Positions 1-8,147 of a stretch of DNA of 11,731 nucleotides are shown piece after piece. This DNA is from Cyanobacteria bacterium P01_D01_bin.156 (GTDB taxonomy: Bacteria; Cyanobacteriota; Cyanobacteriia; Phormidesmidales; Phormidesmidaceae), in contig JBCCQQ010000105.1 in assembly GCA_039024555.1 (NCBI GenBank), positions 1 to 11,731 on the forward strand, given 5' to 3'. The translations under genes were made by a program, and so were the position numbers. Each line of letters begins with the position of its first letter. Positions within the stretch are counted from its first letter, which is position 1. The notes under the pieces were generated by a model that did not search any database, had not been told where the DNA came from, and was given only the letters and a program-made list of their open reading frames with translations.

Positions 1-103
1 ATTTCAAGCTTTTTGACCAGGATTAAATGGCTGATTTATCTACGCGCAATGGCTGAGTCGCGCTGCTCTTACGGTTGGTTGTAGATGGAGCGCAAAGCTG
101 AAT

Positions 104-114
104 TGTGATAGCCT
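104..114 (+). promoter_or_regulatory. Putative extended -10 promoter of the tRNA gene (TGTGa-TAGCCT)
   Basis: TGTGATAGCCT at 104-114 fits TRTGn-TAnnnT and ends 12 nt upstream of the tRNA 5' end; no convincing -35. Confidence 0.4.
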
Positions 115-126
115 AGACAAATATTA

Positions 127-200
127 CGGGATGTAGCGCAGCTTGGTAGCGCACTTCGTTCGGGACGAAGGGGCCGCTGGTTCGAATCCAGTCATCCCGA
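127..200 (+). tRNA. trnP: tRNA-Pro (anticodon CGG); probable integration site of the element
   Basis: Cloverleaf: acceptor CGGGATG/CATCCCG, D-arm GCGC-AGCTTGGTA-GCGC, anticodon stem CTTCG/CGAAG with loop TT-CGG-GA, T-loop GGTTCGAATCC, discriminator A. No encoded CCA. Confidence 0.97.
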
Positions 201-240
201 TTTTTCTAAAACCCACTGCTGAAGCGCCTTAGGGCTTATC

Positions 241-256
241 CATCAACCTGTTGATG
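241..256. promoter_or_regulatory. Palindromic operator-like site CATCAAC-CT-GTTGATG upstream of the integrase
   Basis: Perfect 7-bp inverted repeat; related 16-mers at 9389-9404 and 9935-9950. Confidence 0.55.
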
Positions 257-321
257 ACTCTTGCTTATTGTCAAAAACAGGGTAAATGTTGGGTACTTTT
301 GGGCGCTTTTGGATATCAAAG

Positions 322-342
322 TGGTAGGAAATTGGTAGGAAA
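322..342 (+). repeat. Direct repeat TGGTAGGAAA x2 (11-bp period), candidate integrase arm-type sites
   Basis: Exact copies at 322-331 and 333-342, abutting the integrase start. Weaker GGGTA pair at 280 and 291, also 11 bp apart. Confidence 0.5.
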
Positions 343-1497
343 ATGAGCAGAGCATTTGCGTCGGTTGCGGGCTTCTCGCCCACTAGCAATGAGGCCAGGC
401 AGAGCACGGTCAAGATTGAAAGTGATGATGGCAGACTCAGATTGCGCTTTAGCTATGGGGGTAAGCGATATGCTATGGCAGTTGGCTTACCGGATTCTAA
501 GGTCAATCGCATTGTGGCACAGCAAAGGGCCGCCCAGATTGAGTTGGATATCGTCTCTGGGAACTTTGACCTTACATTAAAGAAGTACAAGCCACCCAAG
601 GGTGGGGGCAAAAAAGCCGAAGTCTCCCAGGTAACGGGTCTTTTCCAGAAATTTACGAAAGTTCAGACTAAGGCCAAAGGGTTAGAGGTGGGCAGTCTGT
701 GTCGCTACAATGCCACGCTGAAGCATTTGGAAACCTTCTTTTCTAATAAAGAGTCTGAGGCAGTGGAGGAGTCAGATGCGCAGGCATTTGTAGCCTACCT
801 GCGGAAAAATGTCAGTGAGCGGACGGTTAAGGAGTATGTGACGCTGGTGCAATCTTGCTGGGTTTGGGCTGCGAAAAACTTACCAGATAATCCCTGGATA
901 GCGGTCTTGACCCAGGTAAAGCCTGCCCCCAAGCAAAAGGTAAAGCCTTTTACCTTGGAAGAGGTGCAGAAAATCTTAGAGGGGTTCAGAACCGATCGCT
1001 ATTATCGGCACTATGCAGATTTCGTGACATTTCTGTTTGGAACCGGGTGCCGATTTGGAGAAGCGGTCGCCCTACAGTGGAAGCACCTGGCGGATGATTT
1101 CTCAACGGTGTGGATTGGTGAATCGGTGTCTCGGGGGGTGAGGAAGACGACCAAGACAGGTAAGGATCGGACGGTGACACTGACGGGTAAGGTGGCTGAG
1201 ATGTTGGTGGCTCGGAGGTCGAACAAATGGAAGCCAGATGATCTGGTGTTTCCAGCTCCTCGGGGGAAAACAATTAATGATCGAAGCTTTCGGCGGCGGG
1301 CATGGAAGAAGGTTTTGAAAAAATCAGAGATTGAGTATCGAAAGCCTTATGCGACCAGGCATACGGCGATTAGTCATGCGCTTGCCAATGGGGCGAATCC
1401 GCTGGCGGTGGCGGAGCAGACAGGGCATGATCCACAGATCTTGTTTAAGCATTATGCGTCTGTGATTCAGCAGTCAGCAGTAATGGTTGAGTTCTAG
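343..1497 (+). CDS. Tyrosine recombinase/integrase with N-terminal arm-DNA-binding domain (cyanobacterial type)
   Basis: N-terminal three-stranded arm-binding-like segment (GRLRLRFSYGGKRY). Catalytic motifs TGCRFGE (R), KTTKT (K), PYATRHT (YxxR variant of HxxR), QTGH (H) and KHY (Y nucleophile). Confidence 0.95.
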   Translation: MSRAFASVAGFSPTSNEARQSTVKIESDDGRLRLRFSYGGKRYAMAVGLPDSKVNRIVAQQRAAQIELDIVSGNFDLTLKKYKPPKGGGKKAEVSQVTGLFQKFTKVQTKAKGLEVGSLCRYNATLKHLETFFSNKESEAVEESDAQAFVAYLRKNVSERTVKEYVTLVQSCWVWAAKNLPDNPWIAVLTQVKPAPKQKVKPFTLEEVQKILEGFRTDRYYRHYADFVTFLFGTGCRFGEAVALQWKHLADDFSTVWIGESVSRGVRKTTKTGKDRTVTLTGKVAEMLVARRSNKWKPDDLVFPAPRGKTINDRSFRRRAWKKVLKKSEIEYRKPYATRHTAISHALANGANPLAVAEQTGHDPQILFKHYASVIQQSAVMVEF

Positions 1498-1564
1498 ATA
1501 TAGGCCATCTTTAGACGCTGTCAGCGTAGAAAAGTCCAAATATCTACAAAAATGTCTTTATTTG

Positions 1565-1603
1565 CTGACAAACAAAATTTGAGCACCATATTTTGTTTGT
1601 CAG
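1565..1603. promoter_or_regulatory. 14-bp perfect inverted repeat between integrase and NLR gene (operator or terminator)
   Basis: CTGACAAACAAAAT (1565-1578), 11-nt spacer, ATTTTGTTTGTCAG (1590-1603); directly followed by TATGAT (1604-1609). Confidence 0.55.
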
Positions 1604-1741
1604 TATGATATCTATTGATTCGGAAATTTGTGATTATGATAGCGTTTTGAGGCGATTAGTTGTTGAAAAGGTCCAGCTAAATTAGAAGGCTGACTCGATA
1701 TAGACTGTTCTGTCGCTGGTTGTGCATCCGGTTCCCTAGCT

Positions 1742-4700
1742 ATGCCAAATATGCCCCAAGATGAGGAAAAGTTGGCTACTGGCCAGACTAACCAACAAAA
1801 TGTAGCTAATAATTTTGGCCATGTCATTTGGCGGGTAGACAATCTTTCAATCTACTATTCCAGTCCACCAGATACGGAACCACCCCCTCTTCAAGCGACG
1901 AATACTTCAGAAATTGGTCCCAATCCCTATCGAGGGCTGCGAGCATTCCGAGAAGAAGACCATGCCGTTTTCTTTGGTCGCCGTCAGCAGACATATCAGC
2001 TCTGGAAAAGGTTGAAGGCTCTGTATGACCACCCTTCAGCAGTTCGGTTTTTGCCGGTATATGGACCATCGGGTTCAGGTAAGTCGTCGCTAGTGAGAGC
2101 AGGGTTACTGCCGGTAATTGGTCGGCATTCCCTGTCTAGCCAGGAGCATACTCGGGTTGCGATTCTGGAGCCTCGGACTCAACCATTAAAGGGGTTAGCC
2201 TTAGCTTTGGCACGGATGGCAACGGGAGATGATTCGCCTGTGGCAAAGGCGAGAGAGTTTTATAAGGAATTGCAGCAACGAAATAATCAAGCCCAATATG
2301 ACGGGCTATGGCACATTGTCAGATCACTGCCGGGTACTGAATTTTCACCTGTGATTGTGGCGGTAGATCAGTTTGAGGAGATTTACTCTCAGTGTAAGGA
2401 CAAGCGCCAGCAACAGATTTTTATCAATAACCTGCTGACAGCAGCGGCGGATCAGTCGCGGTTGGTAATTGTGGTGGTAACGCTACGCAGCGACTTTTTA
2501 GGAGAAACCCAGGCTCATCCCTGGCTGAATAGGCTGTTTTCTAAGCATGGCTATCTGGTTCCGACAATGAATAAGGTGGAACTGCGACAGGCGATTAGCA
2601 AACCAGCGGAAAAGGCGAGGCATCCGCTAGATACAGCCACGGTGACGCTGTTGATTCAGGAGACTCAGCAGCGGGAAGGGGCGTTGCCACTATTACAGGT
2701 GGCGCTGAGTGATATTTGGAATGGACTGCGGGACGGGAAGGAACCCGGCCAAACTCTGCAAGAGATTGGCGGCGTGGGCGGAGCGTTGGCGAAGAAGGCG
2801 GAAGCAATCTTCCAGGCGTTAACACCGGAGCAACAGGCGATTGCACGGCGGGTATTTTTGGGGGTAATTCAGCTAGGGGAAGGTACTCGGGATACTCGGC
2901 GTCGGGCGCAGGTAAGTGGCTTAGTAGCGCAGCGAACGACGGTTGCTCAGGTGCGGGAAGTGATTGAACGGTTTTCCTGGCGAGAGGCGAGATTGTTGAC
3001 CTTGGCAGCAGACAATGAGGGAAAGGAGACAGTTGAGGTGACCCATGAGGCACTGATTGAACATTGGCGACGTTTAAATGATTGGCTTGACAACAACCGC
3101 GATGACATCCGATTTCAGCGACAACTAGAGTCAGCTATTCAGAACTGGCAGATCAAAGGACAGGCAGAAGGTTTACTATGGCGTCCTCCTGATTTAGATC
3201 TTCTGCAGGACTTCCATCAGCGGGCTGGACAAAATATGACATTGAACCAACTTACTTTCTTCCAGAAATCTCAGTTGGCAGAAAAACGACGCAAGCGAAT
3301 GCGCCAATTAGGGTTGGGTGGTCTGATAGCAGGTCTTACAATTACTACAATAACAACCGCATTGTCTGTGTGGTATGCCCAAGCTGCTAATCGTAGTCGT
3401 GAAGAAAGTATATTACAGGTTGCTCAAGCCCAAATTGAAACCTCTGCAAGGCTGAACGCTGTCGGAGAGAACTATGATGCTCTGATCAATGCTTTGCAAA
3501 GTATTAAGTATCTGGATAAGAACAAGATAGATAGGCCGCTTGTGCTAGCTCAAGCAAAATCTAAAATGCTCTCCTCTTTTCTAGAATTACGGGAAATAAA
3601 ACATATTTATGAATCTAATGTTAATGATCTAAGCTTTAGCCTTGACGGTAACATTATTGCCATTGCTGGTGAAACCACCGCAGCGCTGTGGAGTCCTGAT
3701 GGTGAGCTTATTAACGAGTTCAAACTACGGGGTTTTGAACTAGGAGATGCTGAAGCTATTCGATTTAGCCCTAATGGCAAAACCATTGCCATTTCTACAA
3801 AGGAATTGGTAATGATGTACGGACTTAATGGTGAGTTAATTGACGATATTGAAGTAGACCATGAACACTTTATCCACGACATACACTTCAGTCCAGATGG
3901 AAATGTTCTAGCTGTAGCCTATAGTAGTGGAATAGTAATGCTATGGAATTATCAAAAGCAAATTATCACATATATACCAAAGGACGCTAGTAGAGTTTCA
4001 CCTTTGACCACATTTGTCCTTCCTTCAAATATAATTGACTTCAGTCAAAATGGGGATATCATTGCCACAGCCGATCTCCATGGAAATCCAAAGTTGTGGA
4101 GCCTGGATGGTCAACTCATTGCATCTTTGCAAGGACATAATGGTATCGTTTCCCAGGTACGTTTTAGTCCAGATGGAAACATAGTTGTTACTTCTGGTTC
4201 AGACGAGACCGTTAAGTTATGGCGTCGCGATGGTCAGCTCATAACCTCCTGGCAAAGCCCTATCGGTAGAATATCTGATATACGTTTTAGTCCTGATGGA
4301 AAGATCATTGCCATAGCCAGTTTTGGAGGATCAGTAAGACTATTAACTCATAATGGTCAAATCATTACCTCTTTACAAGGGCATAGTGATCAGGTCAATG
4401 AAGTACGCTTTAGTGCTGATGGCGATATTATTGCTACTGCTAGCGGAGACGGGACAGCAAAGCTATGGAGTCTTGATGGTAAACTCATCGCGTCATTTCA
4501 AGAGAATGGTGTTCCTATTTCGGGTGTACACTTCAGCCCTGATGGAAGCACCATTGCAACTCTGACTAATCCAGATCTGACTAATCCAGCATCTAGAGAC
4601 CCTTCTACAGTATCAGGGGAAAGAAAGGCAACGATCTGGTATTCCGATAAAACTCTAATCCCATCTTTGCGTGTAAATGATGAAATAGTCAATTATTTAG

Positions 4701-5872
4701 ATATCAGCCCTGATGGTAAAACCATCGCTACAGCTGGTGCTGACGGAATAACAAGGTTGTGGGATCTTAATGGTCGGCTCATCACATCCCTTAAAAAACA
4801 CAATGGTGAAGTATATCAGGTAATCTTCAGTTCCGATGGTAACACCATTGCTACAGCCAGTACCGATAAGACAGTAAAGCTGTGGAACTACACTGGAGAA
4901 CTTTTAGTATCTCTACCAGGAGAAGACAATCAGGATGTTCCCTTAGATGACTATGATTTTATATATCCTGATTTTAGCCCCGATGGAAACCTTCTTATAA
5001 CTATTCTTCAGGGTGATGATGATCAAGTAATGTTGTGGAATCGCGACGGTCAATTTATTACATCTTTTGAAAATTCTGGTGAATATTTTTTTAGGCCGCT
5101 CTTCAGCCCAGACAGTAATAATATTTTAACTACTGATAAGAACGGAAAAGTTTATTTATGGAACAAAAAAGGTCAACTTATTACTTCCTTGACTAAACAT
5201 GCTAGCAGAGTGACTTCAGCAGCTTTCAGTTCTGATGGTAATATTGTAACCGCTAGCGAAGATGGGATGATATTTTTGTGGAGTCAAGACGGCCAATTTA
5301 TAACCTCTCTAAAACAACATAGTGATCAGGCAGCTTACAATATATTCTTTGCCCCTGATAGTAGCTTTGTAGGTGCGACTATCAATGATGAGACAAAATT
5401 ATGGAACCTACGTGGAGAAATCGTTGCTTCTATGAAAGGTAGATATTCAGGTTTAAGTTCTGACAGTAATATTATTGCTACTGTTGATAGTGGCACTGTA
5501 AAACTCTGGGGATTCAGAGGGAATTTTATAAATTCTATTAAAGGAACTAATGTTCGATTCAACCCTGGTGGTAATACTATTTCTATTTTTGATAACGGAA
5601 CTGTGGAACTATGGAGCATTGATGGGACTCCTTTGATTTCCCTTGAGGAACAGAATAGTGAACTTAGATTTATAAGATTAGTTCCTGGTGAGGATACAAT
5701 TATTACGAATAATGCACAAGGTATAGTAAGACTTTGGAAATGGAACCCTGATTGGGTTGTAAACAAAGCATGCCAACAAATACAAGCACACTTTTCTAAA
5801 AAATCTCCTGATTTGGAAGAAGATAAGAATTTATGCATTGATACAGCTTCAGATTCTGAAAGTGTTTTTTGA
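1742..5872 (+). CDS. NLR-like STAND NTPase (nSTAND1 type) with N-terminal amyloid-like motif, predicted TM helix and ~17 WD40 repeats
   Basis: PYRGLRAF...FFGR N-cap, Walker A GPSGSGKSS (aa108), Walker B VIVAVDQFEE (aa204), TLRSDF, GALPLLQ, EVTHEALI..W motifs. Hydrophobic segment aa523-546 after KRRKRMR. Repeated GH/FSPDG/ATAS.D.T.KLW WD40 units. Confidence 0.93.
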   Translation: MPNMPQDEEKLATGQTNQQNVANNFGHVIWRVDNLSIYYSSPPDTEPPPLQATNTSEIGPNPYRGLRAFREEDHAVFFGRRQQTYQLWKRLKALYDHPSAVRFLPVYGPSGSGKSSLVRAGLLPVIGRHSLSSQEHTRVAILEPRTQPLKGLALALARMATGDDSPVAKAREFYKELQQRNNQAQYDGLWHIVRSLPGTEFSPVIVAVDQFEEIYSQCKDKRQQQIFINNLLTAAADQSRLVIVVVTLRSDFLGETQAHPWLNRLFSKHGYLVPTMNKVELRQAISKPAEKARHPLDTATVTLLIQETQQREGALPLLQVALSDIWNGLRDGKEPGQTLQEIGGVGGALAKKAEAIFQALTPEQQAIARRVFLGVIQLGEGTRDTRRRAQVSGLVAQRTTVAQVREVIERFSWREARLLTLAADNEGKETVEVTHEALIEHWRRLNDWLDNNRDDIRFQRQLESAIQNWQIKGQAEGLLWRPPDLDLLQDFHQRAGQNMTLNQLTFFQKSQLAEKRRKRMRQLGLGGLIAGLTITTITTALSVWYAQAANRSREESILQVAQAQIETSARLNAVGENYDALINALQSIKYLDKNKIDRPLVLAQAKSKMLSSFLELREIKHIYESNVNDLSFSLDGNIIAIAGETTAALWSPDGELINEFKLRGFELGDAEAIRFSPNGKTIAISTKELVMMYGLNGELIDDIEVDHEHFIHDIHFSPDGNVLAVAYSSGIVMLWNYQKQIITYIPKDASRVSPLTTFVLPSNIIDFSQNGDIIATADLHGNPKLWSLDGQLIASLQGHNGIVSQVRFSPDGNIVVTSGSDETVKLWRRDGQLITSWQSPIGRISDIRFSPDGKIIAIASFGGSVRLLTHNGQIITSLQGHSDQVNEVRFSADGDIIATASGDGTAKLWSLDGKLIASFQENGVPISGVHFSPDGSTIATLTNPDLTNPASRDPSTVSGERKATIWYSDKTLIPSLRVNDEIVNYLDISPDGKTIATAGADGITRLWDLNGRLITSLKKHNGEVYQVIFSSDGNTIATASTDKTVKLWNYTGELLVSLPGEDNQDVPLDDYDFIYPDFSPDGNLLITILQGDDDQVMLWNRDGQFITSFENSGEYFFRPLFSPDSNNILTTDKNGKVYLWNKKGQLITSLTKHASRVTSAAFSSDGNIVTASEDGMIFLWSQDGQFITSLKQHSDQAAYNIFFAPDSSFVGATINDETKLWNLRGEIVASMKGRYSGLSSDSNIIATVDSGTVKLWGFRGNFINSIKGTNVRFNPGGNTISIFDNGTVELWSIDGTPLISLEEQNSELRFIRLVPGEDTIITNNAQGIVRLWKWNPDWVVNKACQQIQAHFSKKSPDLEEDKNLCIDTASDSESVF
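4561..4589 (+). repeat. In-frame 15-bp tandem duplication within a WD40 loop (LTNPD-LTNPA)
   Basis: TCTGACTAATCCAG at 4561-4574 and 4576-4589. Confidence 0.85.
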
Positions 5873-6024
5873 AATTTTACGATCATTAAAATATTTACCT
5901 TCTAAGCGCAACCGCCTCGAAGAGAGGGGCAGACCCACCACAGTCAAGATTTCTATTTCCCTTCTGCTTAAATTGAACGAATTCAAGCTAAAAAGATTGT
6001 GAAAAAAATTCTGGTAAAGACATA

Positions 6025-6059
6025 GAGTATCAGCTCTAAAAAGGAAAGAACTGATACTC
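6025..6059 (-). terminator. Stem-loop 3' of the MACPF gene, between convergent genes
   Basis: Minus strand: GAGTATCAGTTCT / AGAGCTGATACTC, a 13-bp stem with one G-U pair, 15 nt past the stop and followed by TATGTCTTT. Confidence 0.6.
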
Positions 6060-6074
6060 CACTTTATTTATAAA

Positions 6075-7760
6075 CTAGAACAGCTCACGTCGAATAAACA
6101 ACACCCAGACCTCCCAAGTCTCATGCCGCTTTGCATGAGACCGGAAATCAGCAAAATACCACCACCGATTATCCCGCTCATAGGGATATACCTGAACAAT
6201 ATCCCCCCGATCATGCTCCTGAATATCACCTCCTAACGCTCGAAAACCAGCAATTGTGGCAATCCAGCTACGGGTCGAAAACCCCGTATTCACCCGATTG
6301 CCCGTATACTTCCGCAGCACCATCGCCGAGCCACCCCGCACCCGAATACTCCCATTCACATCCAGCTTGCCTTTAGGGTTCGTGGTACCAATACCTACCT
6401 CACCATTCACCAGCAGATCCGGCGTGCCCATCAGGTGTAGATTCTTGCCATCGTTGAACTTAGCCCAAACCTGATTTCCCTGTTCAGGCTCCCGAATTTC
6501 TAGGTCGTTGCCATCGCTCCGCAGCAGCCAGTCCCCTCGTTTTGCTTGAAACCCATCATCCGCAATCACCTTACCGCTGACGCGAATATCGCCATTCTCA
6601 TTCGGGTTCACCGCACTTTGCAGCAGGTTTACCTGCTCACGCACCTTGGCCAGTTGTTCTTCCAGTTGCTTCAGCATCATGTTTTCCTCCGAAAATTCAG
6701 GTAAGGGTTCAGTCGCGACAAAATAAGACGTGGGCAGTTCACAGGCATCGAACGAGGCTCGACAGGCTTTAGCTCGACGCTGCAACTCATTCAGCTGTTC
6801 GCTGACAAGTTCAAAATCCTGCCGATAGCGGTCTTTCTTAGCAATTTGCTCCTCCGGTGTCAGCACCAGATGGTCTTCAAAGCTGTAGAAGTTATCCAGC
6901 ACATAGCGCAGGTTGGCGCGGTAGTCCTTGTAGCTCCAGTACTTCAGCCCTAGTTCCTCCATCATCGCGAGCCGATGGGCGCGGGAGAAGGCACTTTCAC
7001 CTACTGCCGGGGGTAGTGGCACCGTCTTGCGATACTCCTCGAAAATGCCCTGGAACTCAACAGGATGATTCTTCACCAGCTTCGGGAAGCTCTTCGCCTG
7101 AGCAATCATTTCCTCCAGCGTGGTTTCCACCGGGTCGCCACTGCCGCCGCTTTGCAGCACCGTGACCTTGAGTTCTTTGTTTGAGATCGCCTGCTTCAGC
7201 TTCAGGTCTAAACTGCCCGATGCCTTAAACAGGCCATAGCTAGCACTCACCGCCACAGCGATATCTTGCTGCTCCTGCTTGCTGAGGGTTTTAATCTCAA
7301 TTAGCCCGTAGTAGCTGCCACCCGTGATCACTCCGGCCATATACTCTGGCCCGTAGTGACTCTCAAACCAGTCCCAGCCTCGTTCAGCCAAAAGCTTGTA
7401 AATCTCTGGCTTAAACCGAGGATTACGAATCATCAAATTGGGGTTCTTGACCTCCACGCTCACCAGCAAATAGGTGCTGTACTGGTTCACTGATTGCTGC
7501 TGGGCGTAGTTCACCTCTGCCGAAGCACTGAATAGACCAAAGCCCACAGAGGCCGACGCTGAAACATTCAGCATTTTACTGAGTTCTACCGAACTGGTAA
7601 TCTGTTGCAGATTAAACCGCACTCGCTGTCCCAACTGCTGGTTGTCAATTAGCGAAGTAGGAGGGTCATAGGCGATGGCATAACCATAGCTTTCCCCCAT
7701 CTCAGCATCCACGCCTTTACCAAGAGTGGCACCGGCAGGTATTGGACGAATTGTGGCCAT
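6075..7760 (-). CDS. MACPF/CDC-like pore-forming domain protein with coiled coil and C-terminal tail-fibre-like region
   Basis: N-terminal LGKGVD; MACPF-like signature YGPEY-x6-GG (aa136-148); two alternating amphipathic TMH-like segments (aa64-85, 167-186); coiled coil ~aa361-384; fibre-type VGIGTTNPKGKLDVNGSIRV motif; SD AAGGAG at 7769-7774. Confidence 0.8.
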   Translation of the reverse strand: MATIRPIPAGATLGKGVDAEMGESYGYAIAYDPPTSLIDNQQLGQRVRFNLQQITSSVELSKMLNVSASASVGFGLFSASAEVNYAQQQSVNQYSTYLLVSVEVKNPNLMIRNPRFKPEIYKLLAERGWDWFESHYGPEYMAGVITGGSYYGLIEIKTLSKQEQQDIAVAVSASYGLFKASGSLDLKLKQAISNKELKVTVLQSGGSGDPVETTLEEMIAQAKSFPKLVKNHPVEFQGIFEEYRKTVPLPPAVGESAFSRAHRLAMMEELGLKYWSYKDYRANLRYVLDNFYSFEDHLVLTPEEQIAKKDRYRQDFELVSEQLNELQRRAKACRASFDACELPTSYFVATEPLPEFSEENMMLKQLEEQLAKVREQVNLLQSAVNPNENGDIRVSGKVIADDGFQAKRGDWLLRSDGNDLEIREPEQGNQVWAKFNDGKNLHLMGTPDLLVNGEVGIGTTNPKGKLDVNGSIRVRGGSAMVLRKYTGNRVNTGFSTRSWIATIAGFRALGGDIQEHDRGDIVQVYPYERDNRWWYFADFRSHAKRHETWEVWVLFIRRELF

Positions 7761-7904
7761 TGTTATTTCTCCTTAAGATTTCAAGGGTGTAAAAAAGCGC
7801 AGCCTTCCCCTTCCTGAGCAGCAGAGGGCCGCTCAGCAGAGGCAAACTATGCAAAGAGGAAGGAAGTTTTGGTAAACTGGCTCTAATGCAGAGAACCAGT
7901 TTGA

Positions 7905-8087
7905 CTATTCAGCCAATGAGTTTGACTCCACGGCTTCAGTGGAAGGCACGTCGCTAAGGAGCATCTCACCGACGACGATACAGATCTCTTGAATGCCTCC
8001 CTTTGTAAACAGAATCAGGACAGACAGAACCATCTGTAAGGCCATCATCTGACGATGGGAAAGGCGACGACGCTTCGGTTGTTTCAT
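7905..8087 (-). CDS. Small putative membrane protein, co-oriented upstream of the MACPF gene
   Basis: 60 aa with basic N-terminus (KQPKRRR), hydrophobic core MMALQMVLSVLILF and acidic tail. Lies between a candidate -10 (8121-8126) and the MACPF gene. Confidence 0.5.
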   Translation of the reverse strand: MKQPKRRRLSHRQMMALQMVLSVLILFTKGGIQEICIVVGEMLLSDVPSTEAVESNSLAE

Positions 8088-8147
8088 GGCATTTCAGCCC
8101 CCGTTGAACGCTACAATTCCTTTATAGGAGGCGGGTCCCGCTGTTCT

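Noticed and set aside
5900..5970. GC-richer patch with a weak hairpin after the NLR stop (possible IS or intron remnant)
   Set aside because: No terminal repeats, target duplication or recognisable RNA motif.
356..7165. Short alternative-frame and antisense ORFs inside int, the NLR and the MACPF gene (e.g. 356-580, 986-1273, 2595-3053, 5335-5886, 6857-7165)
   Set aside because: They overlap well-supported genes almost entirely and show no recognisable motifs; shadow ORFs.
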